Source: Rhodobacterales bacterium (lineage in GTDB: Bacteria; Pseudomonadota; Alphaproteobacteria; Rhodobacterales; Rhodobacteraceae). From it: a stretch of DNA of 64,000 nt. A model generated the notes under the pieces. That model saw only the letters and a program-made list of their open reading frames with translations, did no database searches and had not been told where the DNA came from. The stretch lies in contig JAJNPS010000016.1 of NCBI GenBank assembly GCA_021155205.1, positions 9,927 to 73,926 on the forward strand. Direction: 5' to 3'. Below, piece by piece: positions 58,599 to 64,000 of this stretch (positions are counted from its first letter, which is position 1; each line of letters opens with the position of its first letter). The translations under genes and the position numbers were made by a program.

Positions 58599-59921
58599 AT
58601 GGGCGGTCTTGTCGATGGTCTGCGGGGCCGGATCGCCCGGATCAACCCGTCCGTCCGGGTCGGGCGGGTCAGCGAGGTCGGTCGCGGGACGCTGACGGTG
58701 CAGGGCCTTTCCGGGGTCGCGACGCTGGGCGACCGGGTCGATGTCGCGGCGCGGACGGGCCGGTTTTCGGGCGAGGTGCTGCGTCTGACCCGGGACGGGC
58801 TGACCATCCTGCCCGATTCTGCAGCCGAAGGTGTCGCCATCGGTGATGCGGTCGACCTGCTGGGCGCGGCGGAACTTGCACCGGACAATTCGTGGATCGG
58901 ACGCATCATCGACCCCTTTGGTCGTCCGCTTGATGGTCGCCCGCTTGGGTCCGGGGTGGTCATGCGCAGGGTGCGTGCGCCGGCCCCGGCAGCGGCGACG
59001 CGGAACCGCCTTGGGGCAAGACTGGATACCGGGATTGCGGTGTTCGACACGCTTTTGCCCCTCGTGCGCGGGCAGCGGATCGGTCTCTTTGCAGGGTCTG
59101 GCGTCGGTAAATCCTCGCTTCTGGCCAAGTTCGCGCAACGGGTCGAGGCGGATGTCGTGGTCATCGCGCTGATCGGCGAACGGGGGCGCGAACTGCGGGA
59201 GTTTACCGAACGCACGCTCGGGCCCGCCGGCATGGCGCGGTCGGTCGTCATCACCGCGACGTCGGACCAGTCGCCATTGATCCGCCGGCAATGCGCGCTT
59301 GCCGCGATCACCGTGGCGGAACATTTCCGCGACCAGGGCCTGCAGGTCCTGTTTCTTGCCGACAGCATCACCCGCTTTGCCGAAGCCCATCGCGAAGTGG
59401 CGCTGGCCGCAGGCGAAACGGCGGCCCTGCGCGGCTATCCGCCATCCCTCTCGCCCGCGATCATGGGGCTGGCCGAACGTACCGGGCCGGGGCCGCAGGG
59501 CAAGGGCGACATCACGGCGGTCTTTTCGGTGCTGGTGGCAGGGTCGGACATGGAGGAACCCGTGGCCGACATCCTGCGCGGCGTCCTCGACGGGCATGTC
59601 GTGATGGACCGCAAGGTCGCCGAACGCGGGCGGTTTCCGGCCATTGATCTGCTCAGGTCCGTGTCGCGCAGCCTGCCCGAAGCAGCGGATGACGACGAGA
59701 ACAAGCTGATCACCGAGGCGCGGCGGCTTCTGGGCGCGTGGGACCGGGCGGAACTGATGATTCAGGCCGGGCTCTACGCCAGCGGGTCGGATGCCGTAGT
59801 CGACCAGGCGATCAAGGTCTGGCCCGCACTGGATGCGTTTCTGGCCGAGGATGCGCCCGTTGACGGGGTCGCAGGCAGTTTCCGGCGGCTGGCCGAGACG
59901 TTGCAAGCCGGGCGCAGATAG
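58599..59921 (+). CDS. fliI: Flagellum-specific ATPase FliI
   Basis: 440 aa from the ATG at 58599 (SD AAGGGAGA). Walker A GSGVGKSSLL, Walker B VLFLADSITRFA. Divergent from the flgB operon. Confidence 0.93.
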   Translation: MGGLVDGLRGRIARINPSVRVGRVSEVGRGTLTVQGLSGVATLGDRVDVAARTGRFSGEVLRLTRDGLTILPDSAAEGVAIGDAVDLLGAAELAPDNSWIGRIIDPFGRPLDGRPLGSGVVMRRVRAPAPAAATRNRLGARLDTGIAVFDTLLPLVRGQRIGLFAGSGVGKSSLLAKFAQRVEADVVVIALIGERGRELREFTERTLGPAGMARSVVITATSDQSPLIRRQCALAAITVAEHFRDQGLQVLFLADSITRFAEAHREVALAAGETAALRGYPPSLSPAIMGLAERTGPGPQGKGDITAVFSVLVAGSDMEEPVADILRGVLDGHVVMDRKVAERGRFPAIDLLRSVSRSLPEAADDDENKLITEARRLLGAWDRAELMIQAGLYASGSDAVVDQAIKVWPALDAFLAEDAPVDGVAGSFRRLAETLQAGRR

Positions 59922-60054
59922 AGCCTAGTCGGCACGATCCGAAACTGATGTCTGGCGATGCCAGCGCGTCAACGCGGGGCCAGCGTTTTGCGGGGCCCTG
60001 ATGTACGGCGGACGCGCCTTTCCCTGTCGCGCAGGAACAGTTCGCCCGGGCCGG

Positions 60055-60870
60055 TCAAAGCCTTGCGAACAGCGAAGATGACGTTTGCAACATCTGCAGT
60101 GCGCGGGCTGCGGGTTGTGTGGCGCTGCTGTAGGCCGTCTGCTCCGAGGCCAGAAGGAAGGATCGCAAAAGCGTCTCTAACTTTGCAGGATCCGCGAAGT
60201 TCGAAAGATCGCTGGAGCCGAACTGCGCCTCAGCGCGGGACTTGAACACCGCCAATTGGCGGTCGATGTCGATTGCCCCGATGCTCGCGGGCAGACGCAG
60301 CGCCGTTTCGAACACCTTTCGCAGCGGCGGGCTTCCAAGAACCGTAAACCACTTGGTGTCATTGCTGCTGGATTTGCCCGCCAAGGCACCCAGTTCACGT
60401 TCCGCATTCAGGGCGAGGCGAAAGTCGCCGTTCTGCTGTCCCACCGCGCCCTCGAACTGGCGCGTGCGATAGAGCGCCAGGGTCTTGTCGGCGAAATCCG
60501 ACAGCTTGTTGCGTGGCGTGGAAAAGTCGCCGAAACCGAAGGCATCGGCGAGTTTCAGGTACTGCTTGTCTGCCAGCCGGTTTGCCAGGCTGCCATCCTT
60601 GAGCGTGCCACCTTCCAGCACCTTGCGAATGAAGAACCGGTTGTTGATGTCGCCGTCCAGCCCATATGCGCCAAGTGCCACCTTCAGCAGGCGGCGGTCC
60701 TTGACGAGATCTTCGGCAGAATTGATCGAACCGATCTTGGCGCGAAAGTAGGCCTCGTCCCGTTTCATTTCGGGCGAGGCCTGCAGGGCCTGTGTTTGCG
60801 CAGGCAGTGTGCGCTTCAGGAACGTCCAGCCCGCGTAGCCCGGCAAGGGAAGGGCGGGCGCATAGTTCAC
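60055..60870 (-). CDS. DUF1217-family flagellar-cluster protein
   Basis: 271 aa with a GTG start forming a GTGA overlap with the flbT stop. The pattern PGYAGWTFLKRT...Q....P..KRDEAYFRAKIG...SAEDLVKDRRLLKVALGAYGL is typical of DUF1217 proteins found in alphaproteobacterial flagellar loci. Confidence 0.7.
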   Translation of the reverse strand: MNYAPALPLPGYAGWTFLKRTLPAQTQALQASPEMKRDEAYFRAKIGSINSAEDLVKDRRLLKVALGAYGLDGDINNRFFIRKVLEGGTLKDGSLANRLADKQYLKLADAFGFGDFSTPRNKLSDFADKTLALYRTRQFEGAVGQQNGDFRLALNAERELGALAGKSSSNDTKWFTVLGSPPLRKVFETALRLPASIGAIDIDRQLAVFKSRAEAQFGSSDLSNFADPAKLETLLRSFLLASEQTAYSSATQPAARALQMLQTSSSLFARL

Positions 60871-61271
60871 GCGTGGTGCGCCGCGAAAAGGCGTTCCTCG
60901 CGCGGCAAAAGACTGCGGAGCGCGCGAAGTACCTGATAATGCTGATCTTCCAGGACTGCCTTTGACGCCAGCGCCAGTTGCGTGCGGCTGTCATGATCGG
61001 TCAGCACCTGGCTCAGCTGTTCGATGCCGCGCAACAGCTGCATGCGGGCATCGGCGGGTGCGGCATCGCCCGACAGCACCAGCTGCGCAATGTAGCAGAC
61101 GCGGCGGACCGGGGTGTTCACCTCTTCGGGGTGGATGGCGTCGCGCAGGCGCAGGATGTTGGCGTTCGGCGTCTTGACCGCCAGACGCGACCGGCGTTCG
61201 CCGTTCTCGATGATCGCACCGTTGATCAGGACGCGTTCGTGCGGGCCCAGTTTCAGTATCAGGCCGGTCAT
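60867..61271 (-). CDS. flbT: Flagellin-synthesis repressor FlbT
   Basis: 134 aa from the ATG at 61271 (MTGLILKLGPHERVLINGAIIENGERRSRL). ATGA overlap with flaF. Confidence 0.88.
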   Translation of the reverse strand: MTGLILKLGPHERVLINGAIIENGERRSRLAVKTPNANILRLRDAIHPEEVNTPVRRVCYIAQLVLSGDAAPADARMQLLRGIEQLSQVLTDHDSRTQLALASKAVLEDQHYQVLRALRSLLPREERLFAAHHA

Positions 61272-61645
61272 GGCGCCCCCCCTTTGCCGCGCAAGCCCCG
61301 CATGACGGCGGTGTTGATGTCCACCAGAACATCGACGCTGGCAACGCCATCGCGTACCTTGGGGCTGTGCTGGGCGGTGAATTCGTAAAGATAGTACAGT
61401 TTTGCGCGAAGCGGTGCAGGCAGGCCGTTGCCGGGTTCGGCCACGTCCATCGCAAAGGTGCGCCACATCTCTTCGTTGTCATGGAGTGCCGCGACGAGGG
61501 CAGCAAAGCCGGTTTCGGACTTGTCGGAGGCTGCGGTCAGGCGGCGGGTGATCCGGGCGATCAGGTCATATTCGATGTCGCGCGGTGACCGGGCCGGGGT
61601 GTCGGGGCGGGCATAGCTGCGCTGCGCCAGTTCAAGAGCGTTCAC
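61268..61645 (-). CDS. flaF: Flagellar biosynthesis regulator FlaF
   Basis: 125 aa with a GTG start (SD GGAAGGA). FlaF pattern YA......R.PRDIEYDLIARIT..L...........AL..N..MW..FA.D. Confidence 0.85.
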   Translation of the reverse strand: MNALELAQRSYARPDTPARSPRDIEYDLIARITRRLTAASDKSETGFAALVAALHDNEEMWRTFAMDVAEPGNGLPAPLRAKLYYLYEFTAQHSPKVRDGVASVDVLVDINTAVMRGLRGKGGAP

Positions 61646-61685
61646 GAAAGTTCCTTCCGCGTCTGGGGTGTTTCGGGATGACTTT

Positions 61686-61710
61686 GGCGGGGCGCCACGG
61701 ACGCCCCGCC
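61686..61710. other. GC hairpin between the flagellin gene and flaF
   Basis: GGCGGGGCG (61686-61694) pairs with CGCCCCGCC (61702-61710), 9/9, with a 7-nt loop. It lies 12 nt downstream of the flagellin stop on the minus strand. No T-run follows on that strand (AAAGTC), so it is not a canonical terminator. Confidence 0.55.
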
Positions 61711-61721
61711 GGTGTCAGTCA

Positions 61722-63269
61722 CTAGCGGAAGAGCGCCAGGATGTTTTGCGGCTGCTGGTTGGCGATCGTCAGCGCCTGGGTGCCCAGCTGCTGCTGGACC
61801 TGCAACGCCTGCAATCGGGCCGAAACGGCCTCCATGTCGGCGTCAACCATCGAACCGATGCCGGATTTCAGCGCATCCGACAGCATGCCGACAAAATCCT
61901 TCTGGATGTCGATCCGCTTTTCGGCGGAACCGAAGGTCGCCGAGGCGTCGATCGACTTGTTGATCATCTCCTCGATGTTTTCCAGCGCGGCCTTGGCGCC
62001 TGCGGTCGTGGTCACGTCGATCTCGTCCAGGCCGAACAGGCCACCAGATGCCTCGCCACCCGCATTTCCGACCGCAGACAGGGTCCGCGCGGTGGACGTG
62101 CTGTTGTCGATCTTCAGCTGCCAGTTGCCGGTGCCGTCCTTGGTCACGGTCGTGGTAATGCCAGTCATGCCGCGACCGTCGACCGCTGCCTTGAGGCCAC
62201 GGGTCACATCCTCGAACGTTTCGCCCTTTCCGGCAGTATAGTCGAACTGCTCACCGGCAAAGCTGACGCGGTAGCTGTCGCCATCCTGCACGGCTGCCGC
62301 GTTGGAAAAGGTGACGTTCAGCGCGCGTTCGTTGACCGTTGAGTTGGTCGCCGTGTTTGCGCCCGAAGGTGCCGCACCGTTGACTGCGGTGATCGACGAG
62401 GTTGAAGCAGCACCGCCAACAGAGTTGACCTGAACATTCACGCCTTCAAACGCGCGTGCCGAACTCAGCGTGACGGCCGCACCCGTTGCAGATGCGGTGA
62501 CACCCGCGATCCCCAAGGCGTTGATCTTGGCGGAAAGGTTGGCCGCCGCGACGTCCTGGTTATCGGTTGCCCCGCCAAGTTCGCCGGCGGCGAAACTGAA
62601 TTGCGTGCCGGCGACGGTAAAGGTCGCGGTGCCGGTGCTGTAGTTTGCGCCGGCTGCCATCGTGATGACGGCCGTGTTGCCGGTGTTGTCCAGCGCCCCG
62701 GCGCCGGTATTGCTGACTGTTGCATTGGCATTGAGAACCGTCCCGGACCCGAAGGTGCCCTTGGCGGTGGAAAGGTCGGCGCGGGCAACGGTGATCTGCG
62801 AGGCGGTCACTTCGCCCGTAGCACTGCGGTCAAGCGACGACAGGACATTCACGTCCTCGGTACCCTTGATCAGGTTCAGGCCGTTGAATTGCGCCGCATT
62901 GACGACCGAGCTGATCTGTTCGCGCAGGGCCTTGATGTCGGTCTGGATCTTGGATCGGTCGACGTTCTGTTCCTGCGCCGCGACGGCCTTGCCCTTGATC
63001 TCGGTCAACAGTTCCGTGACCTTTTCCGAGGCCTGGCGTGCAACCGAGACGGTCGATGACCCCAGCGAAAGGCTGTCGGAAATACCTTTGAACCCCTTCA
63101 CGTCTGATTCCATCACCTTGGAAATGGCCCAGACGGCGGCATTGTCCTTGGCGTTGGCGACCGACTTGCCGGTCGAGATCTGCTGCTGAGTCGCGTTCAT
63201 CTGCGCGTTGATTCCCTTCATCGTCTGCAGGGCAACCATCGCGCTGTTGTTCGTCAGAATGGACGACAT
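61722..63269 (-). CDS. Flagellin (515 aa) with an enlarged central domain
   Basis: ATG at 63269 (SD AAGGAA). Conserved N-terminus MSSILTNNSAMVALQTM.. and C-terminus ..LQALQVQQQLGTQALTIANQQPQNILALFR. The central ~280 aa are Thr/Ala/Gly/Asn/Ser-rich and contain two related modules. Confidence 0.93.
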   Translation of the reverse strand: MSSILTNNSAMVALQTMKGINAQMNATQQQISTGKSVANAKDNAAVWAISKVMESDVKGFKGISDSLSLGSSTVSVARQASEKVTELLTEIKGKAVAAQEQNVDRSKIQTDIKALREQISSVVNAAQFNGLNLIKGTEDVNVLSSLDRSATGEVTASQITVARADLSTAKGTFGSGTVLNANATVSNTGAGALDNTGNTAVITMAAGANYSTGTATFTVAGTQFSFAAGELGGATDNQDVAAANLSAKINALGIAGVTASATGAAVTLSSARAFEGVNVQVNSVGGAASTSSITAVNGAAPSGANTATNSTVNERALNVTFSNAAAVQDGDSYRVSFAGEQFDYTAGKGETFEDVTRGLKAAVDGRGMTGITTTVTKDGTGNWQLKIDNSTSTARTLSAVGNAGGEASGGLFGLDEIDVTTTAGAKAALENIEEMINKSIDASATFGSAEKRIDIQKDFVGMLSDALKSGIGSMVDADMEAVSARLQALQVQQQLGTQALTIANQQPQNILALFR

Positions 63270-63360
63270 CGTGTATTCCTTCGTAAAGCCCCCGCTTTGC
63301 GTGGGGCATGGACACCGCGCGGTGGCGGCAGGAAGGGCGTTCTGTCCGTTACCTGCGGGA

Positions 63361-63389
63361 CAAGCCCGCAAGGTGCCATCCCGGGCTTG
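63361..63389 (-). other. Hairpin in the putative flagellin 5' leader
   Basis: CAAGCCCG (63361-63368) pairs with CGGGCTTG (63382-63389), 8/8, with a 13-nt loop. It lies about 90-120 nt upstream of the flagellin ATG. Confidence 0.45.
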
Positions 63390-63470
63390 GGATGCGGCGC
63401 CAAGACTGGCCGTCAAGTTCTAAGGGTTTGCTAAACGCCAAGCGGCTTTTGCGCGGCATTTGAAGGGAAT

Positions 63471-63800
63471 TCAGACGCGGTGCGCGTGCTGTCCGTTGGT
63501 GTCGCCGACCAGCCGTTTGCGTCCGTCGGCGCCGTAGGTCGACAATTGGTGCGCGCTGCTGCCGATCCCGGCGATCCGTGCGATCGCGGCACGGACACCG
63601 CGCGCTGCCGCCTGCAGGCAGGCATCGTTGCGCAGGGCGCGTCGGCGCAACCCCTCGGCCCGCGGGGCGTCGAGGGCAGGCAGGCAGGCAAGTTCCGCCG
63701 TGATCGCCGCTGTCAGTGGAGCAAGTTGGCCCAGCGTCCCGCGTTGCAGCGCCAGACCCAGATCATCCAGCAGGTCTTCAAGCGTCGGATGCCGTGTCAT
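63471..63800 (-). CDS. Hypothetical flagellar-cluster protein (FlgN-like position)
   Basis: 109 aa, predicted helical, Ala/Leu/Arg-rich. ATGA overlap with the upstream rod-binding protein gene. No motif I can name. Confidence 0.5.
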   Translation of the reverse strand: MTRHPTLEDLLDDLGLALQRGTLGQLAPLTAAITAELACLPALDAPRAEGLRRRALRNDACLQAAARGVRAAIARIAGIGSSAHQLSTYGADGRKRLVGDTNGQHAHRV

Positions 63801-64000
63801 GGCGCACCCTGTTGAACCGCGCCGCGATCCACAAGGGCCCGGAACAGCGATTCGGCCAGACCGATGCCGCCGCGTTCGGCCATCAGCGTCGCCTGCTCCT
63901 GGCGCAGGAACGAGGCGAACTGGTCCTCGCCAATACCGCCGCCAAAGCTGTCGCCCTTGGCATCAAGACCGGCAAACTGCAGCATTTCCGCAAGAAACGC
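63797..64000 (-). CDS. Rod-binding protein (FlgJ N-terminal-domain-like), 5' end outside the window
   Basis: The reading frame stays open to the window edge (...AFLAEMLQFAGLD...). The FLxEML....G......GG.GE..F.S.L..E.A..MA..GGIGLAESL pattern is typical of flagellar rod-binding proteins. Confidence 0.7.
   Translation of the reverse strand, partial: AFLAEMLQFAGLDAKGDSFGGGIGEDQFASFLRQEQATLMAERGGIGLAESLFRALVDRGAVQQGAP

Noticed and set aside
58596-59906. 436-aa minus-strand ORF (and 58538-59371)
   Set aside because: Antisense to fliI, whose Walker motifs define the real frame. Shadow ORFs.
59958-60245. 95-aa plus-strand ORF just after fliI, considered as a possible fliJ
   Set aside because: The sequence is Arg/Ser/Pro-rich, not the Gln/Glu/Leu coiled coil expected of FliJ. 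Two thirds of it overlaps the well-supported DUF1217 gene on the other strand. No SD.

Overview
This is a high-GC alphaproteobacterial chromosomal segment. Gene content looks Rhodobacterales-like: regB/senC-regA-hvrA, alpha-type addBA, ccrM, dciA, flaF/flbT. About 70 tightly packed protein-coding genes are present, many linked by ATGA, GTGA or TGATG start/stop overlaps. I saw no rRNA, tRNA, CRISPR array, transposase, integrase or prophage signature.

Gene order:
- 0-4.3 kb: LysR regulator, H-NS-like HvrA, and the RegA/SenC/RegB redox two-component locus.
- 4.5-15 kb: PAS-only protein, then tsaE-amgK-murU-addB-addA-trxA.
- 15-18 kb: hslV, an inserted polytopic membrane gene, hslU.
- 18.0-19.7 kb: a small uncharacterised module (membrane-anchored winged-helix protein plus two exported Cys proteins).
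- 19.8-25.8 kb: rnhB, ccrM, an enolase-superfamily enzyme, an AlkB-like hydroxylase, mutY, dciA.
- 25.8-34.4 kb: CoA-transferase, lpxK-waaA-DUF4170, three oxidoreductases, a large secreted protein.
- 34.6-41.3 kb: a four-gene ABC importer coupled to a flavoprotein, then ggt.
- 41.6-53.9 kb: STAS/anti-sigma-kinase pair, hspQ, a lipoprotein, lolA, ftsK, housekeeping enzymes, xthA.
- 54-64 kb: part of an alpha-type flagellar cluster (fliL-flgH-flgA-flgG-flgF-fliQ-fliE-flgC-flgB, divergent fliI, DUF1217-flbT-flaF, a 515-aa flagellin, and a rod-binding protein running off the window).

I do not see a convincing large novel system such as a defence island. The least explained pieces are:
- the 18.0-19.7 kb module with its dyad-dense promoter;
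- the membrane gene translationally coupled inside hslVU;
- a three-helix structured leader upstream of the ABC transporter;
- an orphan partner-switching pair;
- a GANTC cluster in front of ccrM.

All coordinates and start choices were hand-indexed from the sequence and ORF track. Family names rest on motif recognition, not on searches.
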